Positions 25,757 through 39,459 of a stretch of DNA of 64,000 bases are shown here, in pieces. The notes under the pieces were generated by a model, which did not search any database, was not told the DNA's origin, and was given only the letters and a program-made list of their open reading frames with translations. The stretch is from the NCBI GenBank assembly GCA_038496445.1, contig JALMLS010000438.1:62001-126000 (forward strand). The letters run 5' to 3'. The first letter of the stretch is position 1. The number at the start of each line of letters is the position of its first letter. The stretch is from Trichosphaerium sp. ATCC 40318. Taxonomy: Eukaryota > Protista > Tubulinea. Position numbers and translations under genes: made by a program.

Positions 25757-27376
25757 TGCCACAGCCCCAGGACCTTCCAGATCGCTATGACCACGCTTAA
25801 GCCTTACTGCCTCTGCTGTACGCTGGCTCTGAGTCGTGGAATCCTGTGCGGATTTCTGTTTGTCTGTTGGGATGAATGTAAATATCAGTAAGTTTGCAAT
25901 GTATTTGGTGACAATATAATCACGTGATAGATGACAATGAAATCATATTTAAACGTGCTTGAAAATACGTACGTGGAAACTTCCTTGTCAGTATCTCCCA
26001 AATCCACCCTGCTTTGTTTGGAGCACTTTGATAATACCCACTTTCTTTTGCCACTTTCCGCAACTTACTAACAGATGTTGCAAGAAGAGTTGCTATGAAA
26101 TGATGAGAAAAAGTGCGAACTATTCAAGTGTTCAAAAAAAATTCATAAAAACAGATAATTTTAACGAGACTTCATTGTTGAACGGTTGTTAAAACGGCGT
26201 AAAAAACTGTAGTTGGGCGTAAAAGTAGGTTAAAGCGTACTTGTTTCCTTGTGACCTGCGATTTTTTTTATAATAGTTTTTATAGCCCCTCTGGGGTAGC
26301 CCATGCGCTTACCAAGCAGTTGTATGCTTGGCTTATCGTTTTTGGCGAGCTCGGTTAACCATTGCACAAACCTCTTAAAGAATGCCGATTTTTTGTTTAC
26401 TACGGCTGTAATAAGCTCTTACATGAAGATATAACAAATACACGTTACATACCACTCATGTAGGAAGGTCAGTGTAGCGACCAAGCGATAAGGCCAAGAA
26501 ACAAACTCCTGAGACCTTTGCTTCTGTATATGAGAGTGAAACAAAGCACATACTAGAGTATGGTTGTTTGGGTTTTTGATGGGTAAATCCTTGCCTCAGT
26601 TGATTCTGATTGATTGTCCAAGTAAAGTGGAAAACGACTGCCGAAATACTTAATATTGAACCAGTACCATCAAATATGCTGTGAAAGTTGCTTACAGCTC
26701 ACGTTAAATTGTAGTCTCAAACGTACGTAAACAGGGTTTGTACAACTACGAAACAAATGGCAGAGTTCTGAGCATGCATGAGCAAACAAGGTCCGTGGCT
26801 TATACTACACAGTTTACTTGAAATGAAAATGTAGGAATGTTTCCTTGTTAACCGGCAACAAGGATCTTGTTCGACTAGTCGTTATGGCAAATAACTGTAT
26901 CAAGGTGGAAGAACGGAGTAAAACGTTTTTGTATTCAAATGTCCGAATTAAGAGTTGTAGGTTAGTTTTTTTACCCTCATACTTGGCATTCAATCGCTCG
27001 CTTCGTTCGTCATAGCCGTACTCATACAAATTGGTTTGAAATGAAACCTTAGCAACAAAAAGTACGGCTGGGGTAGGGTTAAAGTTGTATTTTGAAGCAA
27101 AACATATAGCAAACAGTGTTTGAGGCATTCATACCATTGTTTGTTAGCAGCCTTTTGCAGTCACATAATGTGTCGCAATATCTCCGCAAGATTTAGCCAT
27201 TTAATCTTGGAGTATTAAGAAGGATGTTTGGCTGTAATAAGAGTTTTGGAGAAACCAACAAAACTATTTCACCGCAACACAAAACAAAAACACCAAAAAA
27301 ACGATAATAGTTCACCTAAAAATCTCAGGTCAAGTCAATTAATACAGCTTTACGACAACTTCAATAGTGACACGTC

Positions 27377-30300
27377 ATGACTGAGCCACAAAATGAACAA
27401 AACCAACATTTATCCAGTAAGAACAATGCTTTGAATCTTCTTCTTGCTAATAATTACCTTACGCTATTAGTAGTACTTACCAACAATGTATATCGTTCAC
27501 GTGTCTGCGTAATTAAATTTGTATTATATTTTGCAGGTTTGCCATGCTTGGCCAGCAAATAGTTAACCAATTATAGCTACAAATGGCTGTAGAGACATTG
27601 TTTCAACTTTAATTAAAGTACATAGAACTATAGATGCTGTTGATAGAAATGGAAAGACAGCTTTGGCATATGCAGGTAACGATGAGATATAGTGCCTTCA
27701 CTCAGGTTATTTAGCATACTATGGACGCAATGAAGTCGTATCAATGTTAATCAAAGCTGGTGCAAATATAGATGCTGTTGATAAGTATGGAAAGACTGCT
27801 TTGATTCATGCAGGTAATGAAAATCACATAAGTCGATTTTAAGTTAAATCTTTCCGCCTCTGTATGCGTTTTTATGCGTAGACTAACTGTTTGGATACAT
27901 TAAAAGGCGGTTGTGTTTTTTTTTTAAGGTGGGGCGTGGGTTACGAACAAGTACTTTGACAAAGTACTTTTTGAGTTTTATTGCCAAAATTATTTTTTGA
28001 CAAAAAATAGCATCGCTTAACAGCCCTCAAAGCCCGTAAATTGATACAAATTATTTTAAACTGGTTGGAAGCATTAAAAACAGGATAAAAGCACTTGGGG
28101 CAGTAAAGATATCAAACAGAAATTTGAAAATTTTCATAACCACTGTGGCCGAAAAACAAGAAACATTCTCATAAAAATTTACAACATATTTACTCATATA
28201 AAAGTTAGTACAAAAGGGACACATTAAAATCGTAGCAATGTTGATCAATGCCGGTACAAATATTGATGCTGTTGATGCATATAGAAAGACAGCGTTGATT
28301 CATGCAGGTAATGAATATCACAAAGAGAACTACTGAGATACAACGTATACTTGCTTACAATAAGAGTTAGTACAAGAGGGACACATTAAAATCGTAGCAA
28401 TGTTGATCAATGCCAAAGTAAATATTGATGGCCTTGATGCATATGGAAACACAGCTTTGATTTGGGCAGGTAATGTCACCTATGAAATACAATATGTTTT
28501 TACTCATGTTCGTATTTAGCAAAGGAAGGGCATAGTGAAATCGTATCAATGTTAATCAAAGTCACTACAAACATTGATGCCATTGACGATACTTTAAACA
28601 GGCCGGCTTTAACTACAGCAGGTAATGTCATATGCTACAACATGTTTTATAATGGTACTATTTAGTACTACATGGACACACTGAAATTGTATCAAAGTTA
28701 ATCAAAGCTGGTGCAAACGTTGATGTTGTTGGTGACTTTAGAGAAACACCCCTAAAGTGCGCAGGTATCACATCATGTAGTTATCACAAACCTTAAACTT
28801 GTTACTATTTAGTATACAAAGGACACCACGACATATTGTCAATGTTAATCAAAGCCAGTACAAGTATTGATGTTGTTGAGGAACATAGAAAAGACGCCAA
28901 CTCATGTACATTAGCTGACTATTTAACTAATATTTATTGTATTTAGTTATAGTGCCAAACAAAAAAAAGTGGCAAGACTTCCTTTTCATGCTATTTAAGC
29001 GAGTTGTATCAAATGCCCCTGGATCTGTTGAAGCTTTTGTAACCTTCTTGAAACACTGTCCGAGTGGTAAACAATGCCAAGGGATGTGGAAATCCTGTTC
29101 GTCAAACTTAAAGTTGGACTTTGAAACAAATCTTGAAGAGTGGCTTCCGTACTTGGTATGCTTCAATTGAACAATATGTTAGTTTTACTAATCATTTGAC
29201 CTTTAGCCAACACGCTCTTATTTTAAACTGGCAATGGAAAAAGGCATTTGTTATTTAATTTGCTCTACATACAAACCAACAGTTGTACTGTTGCCTGTGC
29301 GATATCCAACATGTTACTACCTGTTTATAAATAACACGTTTTTTAAACCAGAACTTCTGGAAACAAGACGGACGATTAATGCAGGGTATCTTGTATGATA
29401 TGCCCAAAGACGCATGGAATACAACAAATCAAAATGAGTTTCCAAAAGAAGAATACACTGGAGGTACAAGTCGCTGTTGTTCTTACTATTGACTAAAATA
29501 TAAAGGATTAACAAGTAACAACACATGGGATCTAAACCCACGATTATATTTTGCACATAATTGGGACAGATCTAAAAACACGTGCGTTCAATGTCATATT
29601 TTGGTTTTTTATTATTCACTTTTTGGAAAATAGAGGTATTATTACAAAGGCGACACACTACAAAATGCTGAATCTTCTTGATAAAAATGACAAAGTGGCA
29701 GTCAGAGAATTCAAGATCCTTCAACAAGAAATGTCAAAAATGCATGGCTATGACAAATACAATATCATTGAAGCGACTCTTGTTTACAATGAAATCTTGA
29801 CTGAAAACTTTGGTCGATACAACAAAATACTGCAGCACAGGCATCAGTATGTTTGTTATTCGTCCATTTTAAGAGACTAACATATGTTTATTTTAGAGAA
29901 TTGCCTGCATTGTTTAAAAAGCAAGATTGGAAAAACGATTACCACAAAGAGAGAGTTTATCTAAAATACAATGCCATACCCACTCAACAAGATAAAAATC
30001 AAAGTACTGATATTGAAGACAAACCAAAAGAAGAGGTATAGTTCTCAAAAATATCTTACAATCACTTACCTGTCGTTTAGTTACCAGTGATATTGATGGT
30101 TCATGGAACATCTGAGAAAGCAGCTCACAGTATTGTCAAAGCTGGCTTTGGAACTGTAAGTGCTTTGGATGCTGGATACTATGGTCAAGGCATCTACTTC
30201 ACAGTACGTAAAAAAGCTGACTGTATGAGTTCATTTTAACTTTTTACAAAGAGGAGTATAAAGTATGCTTGCTCTTATGATACTGGTGGAAACAAAGAAA

Positions 30301-31190
30301 AAACTATTATTTTGAGTCTTGTTACTCCTGGCAATGTATTTCCTGTACACAAACAACACTTTTGTATCTACGTTATTTAATAACAATTGCAAAAGGTCAA
30401 CTCAACAGACAAGTTAAGAGGACAGCCGATAAAGCCAGGATACCAAAGTCATTACACATTGGTAGATCACTTGGGTTTACCACTCTCTGAAGATAAAGTG
30501 ACCGTTGGAGTGTGCGATGAGCTTGTTGTTGGACAAGGTATACTAACAACAGCAAAACATGATGTGTATCTAACACTATGTTATTCAGATACTCAAGCTG
30601 TTGCTCGCTATATTCTCAAAGTTGCATATAAGACACAGACTAGACCAAGAAACACATCAAAAGCCAAGAAAGGTACAAGCAAACTTGACAACAAACTTAC
30701 GGAAGGTGATGGTTCAGATGATGATCTCTCCGACACTGAGGACAATTTCATTAATACACGGTATAGACACCACAATAGCCTTTTCTTATTGTTGTGCACT
30801 AGAAAATTGTGGGCTGCCCATGATGAGGACTCAACCGGTGACCATACTCCTGAACTAGAATTACAAATAGCAAACAATGAGGTTGACCAACTAAAGAAGA
30901 GCAATGCGAACATGAAGAAACTTCATGATAATTTACAGCAGACGAATGCAAAGCAACAACAAGACATTGCCAGCTTAAGGCAAGACAATATAAAACTTAC
31001 AAAAAGCAATGCCAACTTGAAGCAAGACAATTCAACCAAAGAAAAAGGCCTTATCGACTTAACAATAAGCATCAATACCCTGAAGCAAGACAATATTAAG
31101 TTATCTAAAACCGTCACTAGCCTACAAGAGAGAAATGCCATTCTACTTGCCAAAATAGCTCAACTTGAAAGTGCAAAGAAGCACACGTAG
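27377..31190 (+). CDS. Ankyrin-repeat / PARP-like ADP-ribosyltransferase / coiled-coil protein (copy A, ~7 ankyrin exons)
   Basis: ~99-nt phase-1 exons each encode one ankyrin repeat (27578-28905). Catalytic exons: LMVHGTSEKAAHSIVKAGF..DAGYYGQGIYFT|RSIKYACSY..LVTPG..PGYQSHY..DELVV..QAVARYIL. C-terminal heptad coiled coil. Confidence 0.88.
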
Positions 31191-32132
31191 AATCATAAAA
31201 TAGTTTAAGATACTAGATGGTTATAAAAATTCATCCATGATTCGTTGGAGCAAATGTGACCTTTTGTACAGGTTTCACCAATAACCAAATAAATAACACT
31301 CTGTTACCATGATTTTACTAGCCCAAAAGAAGTAGAGCAGTACATCCTTGCTTTTTTGAACGCTCCCAAACACTACTAATGTTGCTGCAGGCTTTGTAAA
31401 CGCCGCTGGTGTCAAATATGTAAACTAAATTTTGGGTCTGTTTGGTAATCACGTGGTTTGAAACGGTTGGATTTTCTGGACAGACGCAGGGGCATATCAC
31501 TAAAAGTGCGATTTGCAGAGAGTGGTTTTTTTTTAACAATATGAGTGGTTTTCTTGATGTCATTTCATGAGCAAGGATCCTGTAATTTGCACTACACTGC
31601 ATCTTATATTAAAGCAAAGGTAAGGGTATAACTGTAATGATTAGTCGCTATTGACGCGTCCTAGAGATAAGTCATATTGGATGCCTTTGGTTAAACCAAA
31701 CAATCATGAGAAGAAAATAGTAACACAAGACATGTTATTCAGGTGACTCAGTGATTGTTGTTGATTTACACTTCTCCGCTTGAGTCTTTTAATACGACAA
31801 CTATTTTCTACCAACTTAGGTAGGGTCGTATCAAGAATTGTAACTTATACAAATATATATAACAATACGTTTACTACAAAAATACAAACATTCTTACTAT
31901 TAATCTGAGAATTTGGCACGTTTATTATTGAGAGGTCCAACATTGCTGAAAACACAGCATCCGTGCCTCTAGGTCCCCTCTACAACGTTGTGCTACCTTT
32001 CTATCACTTATTCCACTTTTATATTGATGTAGGTTATGTTGTAACGTGTAAACAAAGAGTACAACAAGATAGAAAAAGTTCTTGTTTATTTGTAAAGGAT
32101 TGGTGTTTTGCGTTGCTTACATTTGATTGGAA

Positions 32133-35100
32133 CTACTTCTTTACACTTTCAAGTTGGGCTATTTTTGCAAGTAGAATGGCATTTCTCTCTTGTAGGCTAG
32201 TGACGGTTTTAGATAACTTAATATTGTCTTGCTTCAGGGTATTGACACTTTGAGATAAGTTGACATTTGCTTGTTGATGGTGATTGGCGTTTCTTTTTAG
32301 GATAACGTTCTCTTGCTTTAAGTTGTCAATGGCTTGCTGTTGCTTTGTGTTGGTTTGCTGTAATTCCTCATGGAGTTTCTTGATATTCTCATTGCTCTTC
32401 TTTAGTTTGTCAACCTCAAGGTTTGCTTCTTGTAATTCTTGTTCGAGCCTGACATAATTGGTACCAGTTGAGTCCATATCATGGGCAGCCCACAATTTTC
32501 TAGCACAATATTAGATTAGTAAGAAACTGACACAATTACCGGTTATGTGCGTGAAAGTTGTCTTCATCGTCAGAAGCATCATCATCTGAAACATGTCCAG
32601 CTAGTTCTGAAATCTGGGCTTTACTTTGTTTGTTTTCGCCTTTCTTTGTCTTTTTGTCTCCTTTCTTTGGTTTTTTCTTGTTGACTCTTTTTTTACGCTG
32701 CTCTTTAGGTGCAACTCTGAGAATATAGCGAGCAACAGCTTGAGTATCTGAATAACATAGTGTTAGATACACATCATGTTTTTGATGTTTTTAGTGTACC
32801 TTGTCCAACAACAAGCTCATCGTACACTGCATTGGTCACTGTATCTTCAGAGAGTGGTATACCCAAGTGATCAACCAATGTGTAATGACTTTGGTATCCT
32901 GGCTTTATCGGCTGTCCTCTTAACTTGTCAGTTGGTTTTACCTTTTTTTGTCATCCATTAATACATAGATATAAAAGTGTTGTTTGTGTACAGGAAATAC
33001 GTTGCCAGGAGTAACAAGACTCAAAATAATAGTTTTTTCTTTGGTTCCTCCAGTGTCATAAGAGCAAGCATACTTTATACTCCTCTAAAGTGGAATGAAC
33101 AAAGTGAATAACATGTGGTTGTTGTGTACTGTGAAGTAGATGCCTTGACCATAGTATCCAGCATCCAAAGCACTCACAGTTCCAAAACCAGCCTTGACAA
33201 TACTGTGAGCTGCTTTCTCAGTTGTTCCGTGAACCATCAATATCACTGGTACCTAAACGACAGGTGTGTGAGTGTAAGATATGTGCTAATGAACAGTACC
33301 TCTTCATTTAAACTGTCTTTGTTTTGATCTTGTTGAGTGGGTATGACATTGTATTTTAGATAAACGCTCTCTTTGTACTTTTTTTGGGCATCCTTTTTCC
33401 AATCTTGCTTTTTAAATAATGTGGGCAGTTCTCTAAAATAAACACGTGTTAGAATTATTAAAACGGTTAAACAAACTGTAAACAAGCATAAACTGACGTA
33501 CTGATGCCTGTGCTGCAGTATTTTGTTGTATCGACCAAAGGTGTCTGTCAAGATTTCATTGTAAACAAGAGTCGCTTCAATGATATTGTATTTGTCATAG
33601 CCATGCATTTTTGACATTTCTTGTTGAAGTATCTTGAATTCTCTGACTGCCACTTTGTCATTGGGATCAAGAAGATTCAGCATTTTGTAGTGTGTCGCCT
33701 TTGTAATAATACCTCTATTTTCCAAAAAGTGAATAGTAAAAAACCAAAATATGACATTGAATGAACGCACGTGTTTTTAGATCTGTCCCAATTATGTGCA
33801 AAATATAATCGTGGGTTTAGATCCCATGTGTTGTTACTTGTTAATCCTTTATATTTTCAGTCAATAGTAAGAACAACAGCGACTTGTACCTCCAGTGCAT
33901 TCTTCTTTTGAAAACTCATTTTGATTTGTTGTATTCCATGCGTCTTTAGGCATATCATACAAGGTACCCCGCATTAATTCTCCATCTTGTTTCCAAAAGT
34001 CCTGGCAAAAAGCAGTTATTATAAAAAAAAGTATACTGATGTTTTCGTACACTTAGTAAACAGGGCATTCCTTTGAGCTTGTGTAAAGAATAAATTAAAT
34101 AACAAATGCCTTTTTCCATTGCCAGTTTAAAATAAGAGCGTGTTGGCTAAAGTCATATGATTAGTAAGGGTGTATGATCAGTAAAAAATATTCTGTGGTA
34201 GCATACCAAGTATGAAAGCCATTTTGAAATATGTGATTTAACCCGCTTAAAGTTTGTTGAGGATGAACAAGATTTCCACAGCGCTTGGCATTGTTTACCA
34301 CTCGGACAGTGTTGTAAGAAAGTTACAAATGCTTCACCAGAGCCGGGGGCATTTGATATCACTTGCTCTAGTAGCCTGAAAAGAAAGTCTTGCCACATTT
34401 TTTCGTCTGGTTGTATAACTAAAACCGCAGTTAGGAGTGTTGTAATGTTAACTTGTGACTGTACATGACTCAACGTCATCAATATCCAGTATACTACCAC
34501 GGTAAAATGATGGTAATATCTTCTTGTGTTCGCTTAGCACTAAATAGTAACATGAGCAAACATGTTGATCTTAAATAGCATATTACCTGCCCACATTAAA
34601 GCTGCCTTTCCATCTTCATCAACAGTGTCAATATTTGCGTTGGCGTTTATTAACATTGATACGATTTCATTGTGTCCTTTTTGTGCTACATTGTAATGTT
34701 AATAGACGCTTGTATTTCATATGTGCAGTACCTGCATGAATCAAAGCTGTCCTTCCACCTTTGTCAACAGCATCAATGTTTGCGTTGGCATTTATTAACA
34801 TTGATACTATTTTACTGTGTCCACGTTGTGCTAAACAAAAACATGAGCATATGCATGCTGTATATAACCGCAACAGTACCTGCATATATCAAAGCTGTCT
34901 CTCCACGAACATTAGCAGCCTCAGTATTTGCATTAGCATTTATCAACATTGATACAATTTCATTGTGTCCTTTTTGTGCTAAACAGTGGCATGAGTATAC
35001 GCATGTTGTATCCCAATTATGAAATTACCTGCGTAAATCAAAGCTGTACCAACAGTGTCAGTATTTGCATGGGCATTGATCAATATTGATACGATTTTAA

Positions 35101-36029
35101 TGTGTCCTTGTTGTGCTAATAGTAACATGAACGAAGACATGATAAACTCTATGTGTACCTGCATATATCAAAGCTGTCTTTCTATACATATCAACAACAT
35201 CTATATTTGCGTTGGCTTGGACTAATAATGATACGATTTCATTGTGTCCTTTTTGCGCTGTATAGTATTGTCAGAGTAAAATTGATATCTCATTCACATA
35301 TTACCCGCCCATATCAAAGCTGTTCCTCCATATTTTGTAACCCTGTCAACATTTGCGCTGGCATTTATTAACATTGAAACGATTTTAAAATATCCTTTTT
35401 CCGCTAAAATATAGTGTGAGTGTACACATGTTGTATCTCAAATATCACTTACCTGCCCAAATCAAAGGTGTCTTGCCACGTTTATTAGCAGCGTCAATAT
35501 TCGCACCGGCATTGATTAATATTGACACAATTTCGTTGTGTCCCTTGAACGCTAAATAGCAGCATTAGCAAAAAGCAAACACGTGTTGTATCTTAACATT
35601 ACCTGAAAGAATCAAAGCTGTTTTTCCATCTTTATCAACCGCCTCAATATTTGCATTGGCATTTATCAACATTGATACAACTTTAGTGTGTCCACGTTGC
35701 GCTAAATAGTAGCGTGAGTACACGCATGTTGTATCCAAAAATATTTGACATGTTACCTGCCCAAATCAACGTATTTCCATTATCACCAACGTCTGTATTT
35801 GTGTTTACTTTAATTAATGATGTAACTATTTCAGCGAGGTCATTCGTTACTACAATTGTTAACTGTGGCCTTTAACCAAGCAATGCAAACCTGCGAAATC
35901 CCACACAAGGTTTATTACATGGTAGAGATTGTTTGTCAGTTCAACTGTGAGGTATGGTTAACAGATAATAATAAACCGTTGTTTTTCACCTGTTAGCTCT
36001 TTGGTTTCTTCACTTTGTGGTTCTGTCAT
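32133..36029 (-). CDS. Ankyrin-repeat / ADP-ribosyltransferase / coiled-coil protein (copy B, ~10 ankyrin exons), inverted paralog of copy A
   Basis: ATG at 36029 (MTEPQSEE vs MTEPQNEQ in A). Same exon structure; intact VHGT, GIYFT and YDELVV; coiled-coil end ..LLAKIAQLESVKK*. Confidence 0.88.
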
Positions 36030-39000
36030 GACGTGTTGTCACTCTTGAAGTTATCGTAAAGCTATTTTACGTTGGCGTGACTTCACCTCAGATTGTTGGG
36101 TGAACTGCTAATGTATTTGGCGTTGTGGCAGTTCCAATAACACGGTGTTAATATGGTTGATAGAATGAATCCAAAAGCTTACCGTGTTTGTAGTGTTTGC
36201 CGTTTCGCAGTTATAGCAGCCACTCCCTCAGAGATTATCCATTACATTCCTACATCTGTGCGTTTAGAAGAACGTACAGTTGGGTATATTTGGAGAAACG
36301 CCAACACTGCAAAGTAAACTTTTTAGGCAACTTGGGCACCCCTTGAACCTCTGCAGTTGCCATCGTTTCAAGAACTTCACAGTCTTGTGAGCTGATGTGG
36401 AGTCAGGTGATTCTAATATTAGAGCTAAATATGAGCATGAGGGTAGGTTAGGGTACAATATAGGTGTTAACTTCTGTATAGGTTGGTAAAAGATGTTGGC
36501 AAAGGTACAGATTTGGGTGCAAGTGGATAGCTTAGCAGGTTGGATTGGGCAATTGGGATTGTTACTACTCAATATACTCTCCCACATGCATCAAAACAGT
36601 AGAATACCTTGCTTTTTAGAGAACACGTTATAATTCGCTATCACGTGATATATTAAAACGCTTTGTAGCTTTAACATAGTTACACGCTACTAAGGAATAT
36701 GGTGCCAGGACAAAGTTAGTTTCCAAATTACACGACGAAACCTATTTTAAAATACTGTCACCCTTTCTTTCACATCAAATGCTGCCTACGTCACAATTTA
36801 GGGAATTATTACAAAACCTGGGACAGCATCGAATCTTGTGAATCATAAAAGCACAGTGTTTTCAAAAGGTATAAACGATTGCACGAGCACGCATAAATAT
36901 GAAGCTAAAACTTTTTGAATGAGTGGCGTTAGTTCTACATATTGATACCTGGTAATATTGTTGGAAAAGCTGGACGTGCAAACTAAATGTTAAATTCTTA
37001 TTTTTTTCTGAGTTTTTACATAAGTGTTTATTTGTTTCCTCATTAGGTATGATAAAATCTCACTAGACATAACACGAAAAAGTTGACCACCTGTTGGCGA
37101 GCATCATCACATGTTGTTGTTCCATTAGGCTACCTATTTGAGCAATAAAATACTCGTTTAAAGAGGATAACGTTAGTATGTTTCTTGTCGCAACACAACA
37201 AGGTCTTATTATTGATAAAAAAACACTGCAATCATAGTTCACCACAGGCAAGAGGTCTGAATTGTTGACAATGAAGATGAAGGTGAGCTAGAAACCTTTC
37301 GTCAACAGCATCGCCTAATAACTCATGTATCGCGTGGAATGAGCGTTAGAAATAGATTTTGTACTTTGTGGAGTATGAATAAAACTAGTGTGTTTTCTTT
37401 CTTTATCCTAGAACTTTGGAGCGATACATCTCATACTCTTCAGGGCTTACAACGAGAGTAGATACTGGCGCCGATTTATGTCTTTTCAAATGAACGAATA
37501 TTCATTTGCTGCATGTACATTTATTAAAAGACATGCAGTGTTGCTAAAGTCTCCAGTAGAATCATCAACGTATAATCATAAAATCATATTTAGTGTTAGC
37601 TCGATGATAATGCTGCCAATAATAATAGCGGTTGCTTCTATAGCAAGTGTTAGTGGCTCAAACAAAAACAGTTTGTAGTTTGTTTCTGTTTTGTTTTCTC
37701 CTCACTATGTAACCTTGATAGCTTTCACACTGTAGCAGAGTTAACGGTTTATTTTTTTGGGCTACTCTAGGCAGACGGTACTAGTTTTGATCAAAGATAT
37801 CCGAGTTCATTGGAGTTTAACGTAACACTTGCATACAGTTGCTTACGCTAGAAGCACCAAAATACGTGGTACTTCTTTTGCAGATGTTAGAACCAAACGA
37901 TGTCAGCTATTCTATCGCCCCTGGTGGACTGTTGAGGCTAAACCCTCAGATGTTACAATAATGTTCAATAAAAACCGACATTGATTTAAAAACAATGCAA
38001 CAAGGTTCAGTTACGAACACTGGGTTAAAGAATGACCAACAGCAGAAAACATAAACAGTAGTAAAGTAGTTTTTGGTTTAATCGCAAGTTGTGATCTCAC
38101 GTGAGATACATACAATCAAGAGTAGCGCAACGATACATTATGTATCATCAGGCATTCGATGTAATTTTTAAAGCACAAAGGAAAATTCTATGTAACCTCA
38201 CTTTGTATCAACGAAAAAACCTGGTCACTTTCGCATCGCAACAACTAAAATTATGTTTCTACTCGTTTTTTGGGATGCGCTGGCAGAAAATAAAGTGGAA
38301 GTTCTTGTTATCAAAAATATTCAATGGATGGTTCCTGTACAGCGTAGTTGGCAGTTTTAGTGTAGTAGTGTGATATTGAAAGCGAATATTACTCGAAAAT
38401 ATACAACCCATTTGTGCACTACCAGTAACTCTACCAATGTAATTATACCGTTCTTTACAATAGAAAAACTATTTTAACGAACTAGCGATACACAGTAACT
38501 AGCAATTTTATTACATTCCTTTTTATTACTGTTTGGAGTTTACAACTGTCTATGCAAGGCGTAGAGTGGTAAACAGGGAGATACCAAAACGTGCTGATAA
38601 AATACATAAAGTACACATAGGTAGAGGTGATCTTTTCACGTGGTAGTATAACTGTAGTAGTATAACGCAGGGTCGTCTGAAATGAAGCTAGCGCGCTTGT
38701 GAGTTCCAAAGTAAAACCCTACTCGTAGTTTTTCAAAAAACAGTTCACTTGCGTTTAATACATTTAGAACTGTTTCAGGATGTTTGTGTTGACTCATTTA
38801 CATGTACACAGGTAAGGTTTAGCGCTACTAGCAGTCCACATTTAATCCTTGAATGGTAAAGGTACTGTTTAAATTACACTGCCTTTGTTTAAAGACAATC
38901 TCTGGTTTTTTGGTTCAGCTCGGTTTACAAACATCTGTAATGCGTTCAGTATAACGATTAGCAATACTTGAACGTATTCGAAAGCGTTTTGGAGGCATAA

Positions 39001-39459
39001 AAGATATCTCAGTTCACACAACGGAAAAAAATGGAATATGTTCTTTTTTTTACCCAATTGTACAATGTACTACAGTAAGGTGTACAGTATAATGTTAAAC
39101 TAATCTCGCTCGTACACAAATATGCGCTAGTTGGTATAGAGGAGTAACTTACTTTTGTGACCAAAATGACAGTAATTACATAGTAGTACAATTGTATCTT
39201 TAAATTGAGAGCTTCCGAGCAACGCAAGTTGCCAAGTAGCGTAATAGCGTACACAGAGATATACGTGAATGTGATTTTCCGCTAGTTTTCGTTTATTACT
39301 ACCAGATACAAACACAAGTGGCAACATCTCTCTATAGGTAAAGAATAAAGAACTTGAAGCTTTGAAAAAAATCACGTGCTCCTACGAAAAAAAGCACAAC
39401 ATTTTCGAGTTTTTCGAAATCTATTTACGTTTTACGAACTATTACTTACTTCTTGTAGA

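Noticed and set aside
27377-31190. Naming the ANK+PARP genes tankyrase (TNKS)
   Set aside because: No SAM domain or tankyrase zinc-binding motif recognised; C-terminal coiled coil and tandem paralogy point to a lineage-specific family.
34450-35860. ~150-nt periodic repeat-spacer pattern (also 62200-64000)
   Set aside because: The 'repeats' are ankyrin exons and the 'spacers' are GT-AG introns.
36100-39350. Several 60-107 aa ORFs
   Set aside because: No domain signatures or coherent exon chain.
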